Below are positions 21,970-33,962 of a stretch of 41,061 nt of DNA, piece by piece. The position numbers and the translations under genes are program-made. Origin of the DNA: Alloascoidea hylecoeti (taxonomy: Eukaryota); contig BCKZ01000001.1 in the NCBI GenBank assembly GCA_001600815.1, positions 1,098,613 through 1,139,673 on the forward strand, written 5' to 3'. The stretch's first letter is position 1. Each line of letters opens with the position of its first letter. The notes under the pieces were generated by a model. That model saw nothing but the letters and a program-made list of their open reading frames with translations, had not been told where the DNA came from and ran no database searches.

Positions 21970-22309
21970 TCAAAAGGTGGGGGGAAGACTACTGTAATAT
22001 CTTATAATTAGAAGCTGATTCCAAACAGCCAATTGGAATTTTAAATTGAGTAATTGATTCAGGATCGGCCGGATTATCTTTCGATACGATTATTAATCAT
22101 GCTTAATCTCTCAACGATACCTAAGTTCAGCAATTTAACGGATCAAATGTGGACCCAACGAGGCTTTCCCGCCCCATTTCCCATCAGTCATCACGTGTCG
22201 CCAGCTGATGGAGGATGCTGACTAATTCCCTCATGTATTTTTTGGAATATAAACTTAATGTGAGCACTAATGTCATACTCAAAATTGAAAACTCTTTTCT
22301 GTAACAATT

Positions 22310-23421
22310 ATGTCTTCTAAGCTTAACGTGGGAATTGTCGGCACAGGTGTAAGTACCTAACCTCCTGGTTCCATAATTTATATGTTTACTAATCGTTGTT
22401 TTGCACTCAGATCTTTGCTGAGGAAAAACATCTTCCTGAGATCCAAAAATCATCAACACTACAATTGTCTGCTGCCTTTAATAGAACCCGCTCAAAAGCT
22501 GAATCATTTGCAAAAAAAGCAGATTTACCCCTATCCCGCGTCCATGAGTCCCTCGCTGAATTACTTAAAGATGATCAGGTTGATGTAATCGATGCTCTAT
22601 TACCTTCAAAATTCAATCTGTCAACTGTTCAGGCTTCAATTGACGCCGGTAAACCAATTGCCATTGAAAAACCAATTGCCGAAAATTTAGATGCTGCTAA
22701 AAAGATTGTGGAATTATCAAGGAAGACAGATGTACCAATTATGGTTTTAGAAAACTGGGCTTTCTTCAATTCAATTGATTTAATTATGAAAATCATCCCA
22801 AGAATTGGAAATATTGTTTCATTTATTCAAAGGGGTACCGGCACCTATTCAACAGCTAATAAATATATAACAAAATCAACTTGGAGATTGCATACCGAAT
22901 CTCCAGGTGAATTCCTTTCGGATGGTGGTGTTCATCAAGTTGCTCTTTTCACTGAAATCTTAGGTAAGGTTGACACAATTAGTGCTCAAGCAACCCAGGT
23001 TAGACAAACTTCTGGCGCTGAAGATGTTATTTTTTCAACCGTTAAGTTAACTTCTGGTGTTATTGGCACTTGGATTTATGGTTCAGCTTTTGGTAATACT
23101 GAAAAAATAGCTGAGTTAACTATTTTTGGTGATGACGGATCTATTCATTTGGATGTTTCTCCAAACCATAAAGACCACATTGTAACTTTAAGAATTGGTA
23201 ACAGTTCAGAAGATGTAAACACAGTCCAAGAAACTTTCTATGTTAAAGCGGATGCTGGTGTTAAGGGTGAATTGGAAAACTTTGCTGAAGCTGTTAAAGC
23301 AAAGGATAAATCTTTAATTCGTGTTACCCCTGAAAAAGGTTTCCATCATTTTGCTGTAATTGTTGCAGGTGTCGAAAGTTCTCGTCAAGGGGGAAATGCT
23401 GTTAAAGTTCAAATCCCATAG
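22310..23421 (+). CDS. Gfo/Idh/MocA NAD(P)-dependent oxidoreductase (YMR315W-like); exons 22310-22348 and 22411-23421
   Basis: Intron GTAAGT...TACTAAT...CAG (62 nt) restores the Rossmann motif MSSKLNVGIVGTG|IFA; also AIEKPIA and FLSDGGVH. Confidence 0.92.
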
Positions 23422-23450
23422 ATTAAAGAACAAGTCTGACAGTAATATAT

Positions 23451-23488
23451 ATAATATAGAAATAATATAGAAATAATATAGAAATAAT
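23451..23488. repeat. 11-bp tandem repeat ATAATATAGAA, about 3.5 copies
   Basis: Read directly in the short convergent gap between the two oxidoreductases. Confidence 0.85.
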
Positions 23489-23579
23489 GGCATTATTAAC
23501 TATACGATATGTATAGTATGATACTTTTGTTTGAATATTCTACTTCTATATAAATTATATAAATTATATTCATAGTAAA

Positions 23580-24563
23580 TCATTTTTTAGCTTGAAATTG
23601 GTTAGTAGACACAACACCAGCATCAGTAGCTTTCCAATCCTCAAATCCCAAATCAACTCCCCATGCAGGTTTAGTAAATCTATGAATACCCTCCTTAATA
23701 TGAATTTCATTAATCTCCTTAATATCCTCATTTGTTAAATCTATAACCTTAGTATTTGATAAAATCCTCGATGGAGTAAAAGATTTTGGAATTGTAACTC
23801 TTCCAGAAGAAACGTGATAAGAAATAAGAACAACTGAAGGATCTACTTTATACTTCTCAGCTATTTTGTTGATTTCTTTATTTTTTAATAATGGCCCACC
23901 ATTTGAACCAAGTGGACTGAATGCCTCAATTACAATTCCTTTTTCTTTACAATATTTGACAAGATCTAATTGTGGTAATTGCGGATGTAATTCTATCTGA
24001 TTCACAGCTGGGATGATTTTTGTACCTTTATCGTTAATCAAAGCTTCTATATATTTGATAGAAGAATTACAGACACCAATTGATTTGGTTTTTCCTGTAG
24101 CAACAAGTTTTTCCATTTCATGCCATGTTTGAATATAACTCCAATCTGTTTGTAAATCTCTTGAACCATCCTCTTTAAAAGGTACATAAGGATCATCTCT
24201 ACCTTGACTATTCAAAGGAACCGGCCAATGAATTAAATACAAATCAACATAATCTAAACCAAGCAATTTTAAAGAAATATCCAAATTTTTTTCTGGTCTA
24301 TCATGGAAAGTACCCCATAATTTTGTTGTAATAAAAAGATCTTCTCGTTTAACTTTACCACTAGATATAGCACGTCTGATACCCTCACCAACCTCTTTCT
24401 CATTTTTATAAATATAAGCAGTATCAATATGTCTATAACCAGCTTCAACAATCGCATATTCAACTGAATTTGCAATCACATCACCGAACTCAGATGTCCA
24501 TGTTCCCAACCCCAAGGATGGAATTTTAATACCATTATTAAGACTTAAGTATTTATCTGTCAT
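23580..24563 (-). CDS. GCY1: Aldo-keto reductase, GCY1/YPR1-like (NADPH-dependent), 327 aa
   Basis: GLGTW, GYRHIDTAYIY, TTKLW and YVDLYLIHWP supply the D-Y-K-H tetrad; also NQIELHP, FSPLGS and IPKS. Exact orthology within the family is uncertain. Confidence 0.85.
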   Translation of the reverse strand: MTDKYLSLNNGIKIPSLGLGTWTSEFGDVIANSVEYAIVEAGYRHIDTAYIYKNEKEVGEGIRRAISSGKVKREDLFITTKLWGTFHDRPEKNLDISLKLLGLDYVDLYLIHWPVPLNSQGRDDPYVPFKEDGSRDLQTDWSYIQTWHEMEKLVATGKTKSIGVCNSSIKYIEALINDKGTKIIPAVNQIELHPQLPQLDLVKYCKEKGIVIEAFSPLGSNGGPLLKNKEINKIAEKYKVDPSVVLISYHVSSGRVTIPKSFTPSRILSNTKVIDLTNEDIKEINEIHIKEGIHRFTKPAWGVDLGFEDWKATDAGVVSTNQFQAKK

Positions 24564-26491
24564 TTTTTGGATTGAAATTGCAATTGATTATGAAATGAAT
24601 AGATGAAATGTAAAAGTTGAATTGAACGATATTTATACCCAATTTGCAAAAGATCAGATTTGAAGATTATAAACACCTATACGCCCATCATATTACATGT
24701 CTTATACGGAGAATTGGTTCTTCTTTCTTCTAATAAATTCTTCCGTTATACTTTTCCCCATCTAAAATCAATTGAAAATTAGTTATAACGTTGTGAATAA
24801 AACGTGGGGGTACTATCTGCGCATAGTTAATTCATTATTCATTTTTGATTCGGTCAGGGGAAATTTACCGAGACTGCCAGATGCATATAATTATTTAAAA
24901 TAATTAATATCTCATATATATTGGGGACTCGGAGTTATAAAATTGCAAACGATATCCTTGAAAAAGAAGTACACCAAACTTACCAAAGTGAAACTATGTT
25001 TTCTAGATAACGGTATAATGAGGGTAATTGAGCAAGGCCATGAAATACCTCGTTACCACTTAATTTCGGCCAAAATGTTCAGTGGATCGTTATTATTTAT
25101 TATGCATAGTCAATTGCAATTCTCTAAATTTACTTTTATCAATTAGTTATTATTAGATAGACCTTCAATAAATTTAGGTGAAAACATTGATACAGCCGAT
25201 GAATATTCATAAGGTGATTCAATTGTAGAGTTTGGGGTTTTAGTTTATATTTTCAATTATCATGGGGTCATAATCATCTGCGATTCATTCATTAATGTTA
25301 TGATAGTATCCTTTTTACTCCTCAACTAATTGATTATCTCTCCTGCTGATGGTGATGACGAATTCATCCCTTAGATTTGAAATGATTGTTCGAAACATGA
25401 ACTAATTTTGATGTATTCAGATTATTGCTTTAAGTATATTTGAACTTAACAAATTTGTGATTTTAATAGGTAAATTTAGAGTGTCAAAATTATTTTGGCT
25501 TAATTCATAGTCCTGAATGGTTTCTTGTTCGTCGTCTAAATCCGTTGAAGATAAAAAGTTACCACAAAAACAAAAAACAATACAGGTAAGATTTCAGGTG
25601 TTAAAAAACGTTTTAGTGCAACCCATACCTAATTTTCCTTCAAACAGTAAAAAATTTTGGATCATGGTAGATACTTGTACAAATTGGCATAGTGTACTTT
25701 ATAAATGAACACAGTAAGCACTTATCAAACGGTGTCCTAATATAAACAACAATACAAGTTCTATATAACAAAATTTTCGAAAATACTCATATAAATTATA
25801 AGTTCCGGAATAGTAGTAAATGATATGGTCAAATCAGATTCATTCATTTAATATAACCTTTTGTTTTTGACTAGTAAAATACCATACTAATAACTTGATT
25901 GTTTACGCTTGTTTACGCTTGTTTTGCTAAACATACAATACTTCTTGAGTGAGATCTTAGTTTTAAGAGTCTATATAAACGACCTATTACGACATAATAC
26001 TTGAATCATTTTTTAAACTAGTTTACATCAGCTGTTGATTCAATATGTCCTCGTTATCGCGACATTGACAGATTTTAGATCATGAGATGCCTGATACATT
26101 TCATTTGAATGCACTGTGTAGTGACAGTTAATAAGACAGCTCATCTAGAGAAGGTGAAGGAAAGTTTGCACCTCTTAATATTCTCTTTATGGGTACTGAT
26201 AGTTGATATTTTAATTGAACGGTTGGAATAAAAATACGACTACAATATATACAGTGCTTATAATTATTTATAATTGCATTTATCTCATCTGCTTATAAAT
26301 ATGAGAGTGTTTGTTGGTGGAGATTAATCAACGCTAAGTCCACTCTTATTATCATGAGATATACAATACGACTATAAAACAATCAAATATCATCTTCCGT
26401 TTAAGAATCATCAATCAAATAAACATTATTAATATCTGATACAACTATTCATAACACCTTACTTCAAATTACATTTTTTTGAGATTTAAAC

Positions 26492-26725
26492 ATGGCCTGC
26501 TGTAACGGGAAAAGTGAGAACTGTACATGTGCTAAGACGGCAAGATGCCTTTGTGGAGCCAGAGCAGCAATGGATTGCAATTGCTCTAGAGCTAGTGTGG
26601 AAAATGTTCAATCTGAACACACTTGTTCCTGTAGAAGAAGACCATTCCATCAATGTACCTGTGAAAGAGCTGCTGAAGAAAATCAACTTATGGAAGGAGA
26701 GATTGATTTTACTTATTCCAAGTAA
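26492..26725 (+). CDS. CRD2: Cys-rich metallothionein-like protein, Candida Crd2 type, 77 aa
   Basis: Five CxC pairs plus an N-terminal CC; CNCSRASVENV and terminal GEIDFT match recalled C. albicans Crd2 (CNCSKASVENV...GETDFT). Confidence 0.85.
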   Translation: MACCNGKSENCTCAKTARCLCGARAAMDCNCSRASVENVQSEHTCSCRRRPFHQCTCERAAEENQLMEGEIDFTYSK

Positions 26726-28714
26726 CGTTAACAATAACGAGAACAATATGTAGGGCTGCAGATGGCTCGTTCATATTTCGCAGCCTGAAAGCGGTTTTAA
26801 ATGGTATAACAGAAGAGGTTTCTACATATTTGGGTAAAATGCCATATGCAATCATTAGATATCCAATTCTAATAGATTAATCATATTTCCTAATCTGGAT
26901 ATCGCCGTGCTAATATGCGTCTACATATGGCATCATAACTGTAGTTACAGTGCGCAGTCGTGCTGTATATTCCAAAATCAATCGATAACTTTTGCTCTAA
27001 TTGAGATTTCCAAACGTTTTTCTAAGATAATAATTTCTCAAGGCTATCGCTATCAATAGGTAAAAAACTGCGTATTTACTATTTAGATACATAATTAAAC
27101 TTACTAATTATTTTATTAATAAATTGGTTGAATAATTAATATTGGATCAAGCTGGTGAGACCTATAGAAATAACTGATCTAGCGCTTAACTTCAAATTTT
27201 TAGTGTATAAACATATGTAAAATCCAGTTTAGAGTAAGACTTTAGAATTACCTTTAGTATATATTTTTTAAAAGGATACTACTGTTATTTTATTTTACTT
27301 GTCTAGACCTAGATCTTTTTATTGCTATGTTAAATAGATGAATACGGAGTACTCAGGATTAACGTGTTTTTCTACTTATTAATTTTGTAAATTAAGTCAT
27401 AAATTTAATATTAGATTGTGGATATAAATTATGAATTATATTTATATTATTGAACTGAAAGTAAAATATATTAAGACTAATAACTGTGTAAAACTAAAGA
27501 AAAAGAACTAGTAAATGGATGAGAGTTTTTATATAAATTGAAGCTAGCTTCAATTCCTGGAATCCTCTCTTAAACTTGAATCCAAAGAATACACTAAGAC
27601 TTAGCGTATATATTTATGCAATGTATACCGGGAAACATGCCTCTCATACCAACTTATCAATAAATAAGCTTATACCTGTATATCAGAGGATATACTATAT
27701 ACCCTAGCCGATTATAATTAATATTTAAAGGTTCTTCATAGCTCTATATTTATTTTTATAGCTATCATGACTTGCAATACATAATATGATTAATCAAAAG
27801 TTTAACTTTAAATGAATGACTTCAGTTACCTATAGTGGCTGTAGGTGAAAAAATAGATAATTATAAAATCGAGTTTAATTAGTATCAAATTTCAACTCAA
27901 ACAATTATGACTATGGCTTCTTTATTTTCTTCTGGGCTACCATTAAATTTGCGATTCACAGTACTATGTATATAATCATATAGGTATAAGTCTTATATTA
28001 TACACCTATCGGTATCCACAAATTAATATAATATTGTTTTTAACTTAGAATTGAGTTCTTTATATCTATAAGTATTACTGCTACTAAATATAGATTTTAT
28101 TCTAGTGATATTACATTATCCCTGTTAAATATATCAATCTATTAAACGATAGAGACATAATCATACTCATACTTCTATTTATGTTAATTGTTTATGGGTA
28201 TAAGCTTCCATATTGTATTGAGGTTGAAATGAGCTCAAAATTATTATATCTAGAATCTTGTTTGTATCAAAAGGGATTACAATAAATTTATTCAAATGAA
28301 CTGTTTATACTTGAAAGTTATTTATAGTAATCCCTCAATATGAAACTCTTCAATTTCGTTTCAGGATATTGTTCATCAATAGTTGTTATTGGCTTAATTC
28401 GTGATTCATGAACTAGAACATTAGTTGGTTAGTCATATGCTATAAATATATATTGATTAAAACTTAAACCTTTAACCTTCATTTGAAATTCTATAATTAT
28501 AAACTAATATTGCAATTAGGCATTGTCTGAGACTCGAAATAAAAGCTACAATATTTTTATTTCTTAATTATATTAGAATGTGTGCATTGCGACAGAATGA
28601 GATATTCTCGGTTAAGCGACAAATAAGCCAACAGCCTATAAATCTAACAGTTTGTAATGCGGTAAAAAATTTCAGATAAGGTCTAGATCGATTTTAGAAA
28701 TCCATCAATCATAT

Positions 28715-28926
28715 TTAAGCTTAACGTTAATGTGAAGGACATCTTTGAGGATGATGTATTTACCATAATATTGGAATAAATCACCTTATAAAATATATTG
28801 ATAGGATACGCCTACATTACATATAAGTAATGAAATCCGGCTTAAGCTTAATGTTAATGCTAAGAGCATCATCGAGGATGCATTTTTCACAATAATATTT
28901 AAATTAATCACCTTATAAATATTGAT
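28715..28926. repeat. Diverged tandem duplication, about 88-bp unit, 127-bp offset
   Basis: TTAAGCTTAAYGTTAATG...CATC...GAGGATG...ATAATATT...AATCACCTTATAAA...TATTGAT at 28715-28802 and 28842-28926. Confidence 0.85.
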
Positions 28927-30863
28927 GTAAGTAAATGCAATCAGGCGCTTCGATTGTTATTTCAAAACCTGGAATCCATAACTATATACTAGGTATCACG
29001 TTTGAGAATAAGATATACCAGCATATATATAACTATAAAATTATATTAATGAACGTTAACGATATATGCAAGTCTAAAATTTATATTTGTAAGCTTGCTT
29101 CATCAAAGATTATTTATAACGAGAATATCTAAAAGCTCTTTATAGAGACCTCCAAAAACGCGATGAATAAAACTTAATTTCGTTTAATTAAACCACCACT
29201 ATGCCAAAAATAAACCTTGGTTCAAAGAGGTAAAAGGGCAATCGAGGTTCGAGATTACATAGCGCCATTGTTTACGCGAAACTGAAACGATTTCCGTAAC
29301 AAGATTGCAAAAGACTTCGCCGTTCCTAGATCTTCCTTTGGGACCAATCGAGGAGATTGATAAAAGAAAGCAAAAGCTTGCGGTTTTTCAGGAAGATGAG
29401 ATATCGGGAACTCCAGGAGGGTGCAGGTTCAAATGGAATTTCCGTCTATTCCTCGTGTTGCAGATGCCAACATTTCCCCATGATTATTTTTTGATTCACG
29501 CTTATGGCAAGGCGCTTAACTGGCGTAACTGCAAACGTTGGAATTATGTTACGGAAAATCCAGTAAAAGAAATATTAATGGATGAAGAAATGAAATCAAT
29601 CTCAAGGAAAAATGCCTATCATTGTAACTGTGAGAAGAGGTGCTATAGGAATGGTATAAAATTTACTACCATATAAATATAGGTATAGCGAAGGCCAAAA
29701 TTGCAATAAAGATAAAGTTCATATAAAATTAGACACGCGCGAAAAAGGTGTAAAATATACTATCATGAAACCTGAAATTGTACTCCCAAAATATAGCTTA
29801 AGTTATAATTATACTTAGTAATAAACTTGAGATTGTATTTCAACTGCAAAACAGTAATGGACAATTACTTGAAGGAGGATTTTGCCAATTTTAGTAGTTT
29901 GCACATGTGATATGCGTTGATGTTTAACTGTAACCGCAAACGGATCAACGGAGAGGGAAAACTGAATTATTAGCATTCTTAGATTTCGACTACAATTACA
30001 ATTGAAATCGTATGTTCAAATCCTAGTTGGCTGGTATAAAGTATGTAAATCCACATTTCATTATTCTAAAAGGATTGTATTATTTTGATTATCGTAAATC
30101 TTATCAATCTTATAGATTTTAAGGTTATGTTAATATTTAAGCTTAAGAGAGTTAGGATTTAATATCAAGGTTTCTGATTATATTACAGTGATAATATTAT
30201 ATTTGTAGTATTAATTGGAATCTATGGCCACAGTTTAAGAGCTTATTAGGAACAGGAAATCGTCAAGACCCAAGAGGCTCATCTTGAATCTTGAATGCAT
30301 ATGATATTAATATCAACAAGAATAGGATGAGGATTCCCCAGATTCTACAAGAATAGATCTATAATTAGTAGTCAGTAGAGTTGAAATTTTAAATTCAAAA
30401 GAAGAGAAGCAGAAGCCGATCGCAAAATTGGAAATTTCAGAGAACAATATTAGCAGCTAAACGAAACGATCCTCCAGAAACGCAGCCATTGATTTGCCAC
30501 AAAAGATAATAGTGGTCTGTTTATTTAATTGAAACTGCAGGAACGAACGGCTACCAGTGCATGACTTCTTCCGGGTGCCTACTTCCCAAACCGGCCGTCA
30601 TCTCTTTGAAAATAATACGCGAAGCCTTATAATTGCAATTGGCCATGCACATGTGCTGCTGCGGACATGCATGGCTAACGTCGCACTGCATGCCAATGCG
30701 TCACAATCGAACCACTTTTCTGGAGCACCCCCTAGCAGCAGCGCACCCCCGGTGAGCAGAGGAGGGGGACGCAGAATATAATGAAAGCAGTCGCTTTTCT
30801 TTCTTTTTCATCTCTGTTTTTCTGTTTCTCCTGCTTACTCGTTTTCAAATACTTCACAATACA

Positions 30864-33800
30864 ATGGACTTCAGGGAGTTTGGCGACGTCGATCTCAATA
30901 TGGGTCTGTTTCTCGAACACCCGGCCGTATCTAAAAACACTAATAGTAACTCTGCTTCCCCGGGCATGGCGTCCGACCTGGCCCCAATGCCCCCGGCCCT
31001 AGATGATCTTTGGGACGAGTATGGCCGGTATACCATGCCGTTTGGCGTGACCAACAATCTCAACCCTTCAACCCTCGGCCAGGACCAGGATCAGGCCTTT
31101 GTCGCAGACCTTTCTGCTTTGGATATGAACATGGCCTTGTCTGCGTCGGACTACGCTCTAACTTCAAATTTAGGTCCAACCCCCAGTGACGACTTTTCTG
31201 TCAAATTGGAGGGTTCCGATATTGATACCACTGATTCTGTCTCTGAAAACATATTTGAAACTGAAAAGTACCCATCTCCTTCTTCCTCAAGTTCCCGCTC
31301 TGGTTCTGCCTGCAGGTTCTCCTCCAGATGTTCCTCAAGTGTTAGTCCTGCACCCACACATGCATCTGCATCTACATCAATCACAAAAACTTTGAAAAAT
31401 GAACCTTCAACAAATTATGATGATGATGACGATGATGATTCTTCCATTTTTAACTCTGAAAATGGTTCCCCCAATCCTCAAAAATCTGCTTCTTCAAACA
31501 CTTCGAAATCTCCAAAACCAACCAAAGTTAAACAAGAAAAACAACAATCAAAGTTAAAAGCAAAAGGAAGCAAAATCATAAAACCAAAAAAAGAAAAATC
31601 TTCTCATAATATGATTGAAAAGAAATATAGAACAAATATTAATGATAAAATTATGGCTTTAAGAGATAGTGTGCCTTCTCTACGTTGCTTAGTTACAAAT
31701 CAAGAACCTATTGATCTTGATGGTTTAACCCCTGCTTCAAAGTTAAATAAAGCTACCGTTTTAACGAAAGCGACTGAATATATTCATCATTTAAAACAAA
31801 GGAATGAAATGTTACTTCGTGAAAATGAAGAATTACGAAAATGTGAAATCATGAGAAGACAACAACAACAACGATGTAATCCTCAAATGCCAATGATGCC
31901 GATGAGTAATATGAATATGAATAATTTACAAATGAATATGGATATGAATCCTGGAATAAATATGGGTTTTGATATGGATATACCGATGGATATACCATCT
32001 TTTATTCAAAGACGTGGCTTTTCAATGCCTGAGTTACCTGAAAATAACAACAACAATAATAATTGTGTCACAGATCCAAATCCTCAGTTATTAAGTCCTC
32101 AATCTCAACCTCAATCACGACAAAATTCACATTCATCACTTCAAACAAATAACCGATCTTCAAATCTACAATCAAATAATAATCAGAATCCAAGTATTAC
32201 TCAATCATTACCTTCTAAACTTTTAATGGTATCAATGGCTGGTGTTATGGGTACAAATTTAATGTCTGATTTTACAGATACAAAAGGTTTATCAATTTTC
32301 CCAATTGGTTTTATTAATAATCAACAATTACATTCATTCTTTTCATTTTTAAAATTGGCTCTTGTAATTGGTTCAATAATTACAATGTTTTTCCCATTTT
32401 TATTATCATCTTTATCATCATCATCAACATCATCAAATGATTCAAAATTATTAAAAACAAAACAACATTTAAAATTTTTAGAACATCAAAAGATTTTAAA
32501 TTCAGATTCTTATAATTTAATTGAAAGATCACGTTCAATTTGGGATATTAAAACTTCAAATTTTAATTTGAATTATCCAATTGGTAATATATCATCACAA
32601 ATTTCATTATATTTATCGTTTTTTTTACAATCTTCTATAGTTTTATTATTTGGTAAAAATTCTTTATTTATGTTTCAATCATTTATTAATAATGATACAA
32701 CAACAATGATTATTGATGATAAATATGAATTAGAAAAATCAAATGCTATTAAAACATGTCTTGAAGTTCAATTATGTGGTGGTGATTTAAATATTTCAAA
32801 ATCAAGATTAATTTTTTCATTATTTCAAAATTTGTTAAATGATTTAAATCATTCAAATAATAATACCAAACAAATTAAAATTATTGATTATATGCGTTAT
32901 ACCGTTTTATTTGGTGTTATATTTCAAAATACTTTGTTTGAAAAAATTGGTAAATTATTTATGAAAATGTTTTGGAATAAAGCAAATGATTTGTTAAATA
33001 ATGATGATGATAATAATAATAATCAAAAAGATGATGAAATTTTAAAACCACATTTAAAATCATTACTTCAAACTCCATTTTCTGAAATATTTGAAAATTC
33101 TCAAATTATAAATTTAGTTTATGATTTATGTTGGAATAATGACGAACATATGTTGCAAATGTTAAATTTAGATGAAGGTTATTATTCAATAATAAAAGAT
33201 GGTACAATTAGTAATATTCTAGATGTTTTAAGCGCTGTCGTTTCATCATTTGTTTTAAGGGGTTTATTAGTTTCAAAAGTCCTCGAAATAAATAAAGAAC
33301 AAATCAATAATGATAATATACATGAAGAAGAAGAAGAAGAAGAAAATCCTAATAAAGGATTAGATTATTGTTTTTCTTTAGCTCCAAAAAATTCAATTCA
33401 ATATCGTCGTTGTTTAGTTGCAAAGGGTTTATTATCAACTTCAAATGATTCTTTAGATGATATTAAATCAGCAATTACATTGACGAATGATGAATTATAC
33501 GTTGATGGAGATCTAGATAATTCAGAATCTAATGATATTAATAATAAACCAAATACTTTTGTTCAATGTCAAATGTTAAAAGTTAAACTAACTAAAATTG
33601 AATCATTAGAATCAACGATTATTTTTAATTCATTAAATTCAATTACATCTTCGGAAATTGATCTATTATCTTTTACTGCAATTTATCAAGCACTTTCAAC
33701 AATAAAATTATATTCTTTACAAGCACTATTATCTTCTAAATTTGAAAATCAATTGGAAGCTATTACTGGTTTATGTAGAATTTGGATTGGCGCTTCAGCA

Positions 33801-33962
33801 GATTCATCATCATCTAATCAACAAAATCAACAACAACGACAAATATATTCTAAATCTGGAATGTCAATTAAAGAAAGAGAAGATGTTGTTGAAGTTTTAA
33901 TTAATATGGGTAGAAGTTTTGGTGGTGTTTTAATTGAAGATGAAGGTTATGGATCACAGTAA
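30864..33962 (+). CDS. SRE1: SREBP-family bHLH-zip transcription factor (Sre1/Cph2/Hms1-like) with membrane segments and DUF2014-like C-terminus, 1032 aa
   Basis: HNMIEKKYRTNINDKI carries the SREBP-diagnostic Tyr; KLNKATVLTKATEYI; hydrophobic LLMVSMAGVMG and FFSFLKLALVIGSIITMFFPFLL; QLCGGDLNISKSRL. Confidence 0.9.
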   Translation: MDFREFGDVDLNMGLFLEHPAVSKNTNSNSASPGMASDLAPMPPALDDLWDEYGRYTMPFGVTNNLNPSTLGQDQDQAFVADLSALDMNMALSASDYALTSNLGPTPSDDFSVKLEGSDIDTTDSVSENIFETEKYPSPSSSSSRSGSACRFSSRCSSSVSPAPTHASASTSITKTLKNEPSTNYDDDDDDDSSIFNSENGSPNPQKSASSNTSKSPKPTKVKQEKQQSKLKAKGSKIIKPKKEKSSHNMIEKKYRTNINDKIMALRDSVPSLRCLVTNQEPIDLDGLTPASKLNKATVLTKATEYIHHLKQRNEMLLRENEELRKCEIMRRQQQQRCNPQMPMMPMSNMNMNNLQMNMDMNPGINMGFDMDIPMDIPSFIQRRGFSMPELPENNNNNNNCVTDPNPQLLSPQSQPQSRQNSHSSLQTNNRSSNLQSNNNQNPSITQSLPSKLLMVSMAGVMGTNLMSDFTDTKGLSIFPIGFINNQQLHSFFSFLKLALVIGSIITMFFPFLLSSLSSSSTSSNDSKLLKTKQHLKFLEHQKILNSDSYNLIERSRSIWDIKTSNFNLNYPIGNISSQISLYLSFFLQSSIVLLFGKNSLFMFQSFINNDTTTMIIDDKYELEKSNAIKTCLEVQLCGGDLNISKSRLIFSLFQNLLNDLNHSNNNTKQIKIIDYMRYTVLFGVIFQNTLFEKIGKLFMKMFWNKANDLLNNDDDNNNNQKDDEILKPHLKSLLQTPFSEIFENSQIINLVYDLCWNNDEHMLQMLNLDEGYYSIIKDGTISNILDVLSAVVSSFVLRGLLVSKVLEINKEQINNDNIHEEEEEEENPNKGLDYCFSLAPKNSIQYRRCLVAKGLLSTSNDSLDDIKSAITLTNDELYVDGDLDNSESNDINNKPNTFVQCQMLKVKLTKIESLESTIIFNSLNSITSSEIDLLSFTAIYQALSTIKLYSLQALLSSKFENQLEAITGLCRIWIGASADSSSSNQQNQQQRQIYSKSGMSIKEREDVVEVLINMGRSFGGVLIEDEGYGSQ

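Noticed and set aside
29305..29676. 123-aa ORF upstream of SREBP
   Set aside because: TTG start, no recognisable domain, promoter-like context.
30781..31002. Out-of-frame upstream ORF overlapping the SREBP start
   Set aside because: Its ATG overlaps a TATA-like TATAAT, so it is probably upstream of the transcript start; TSS data would be needed.
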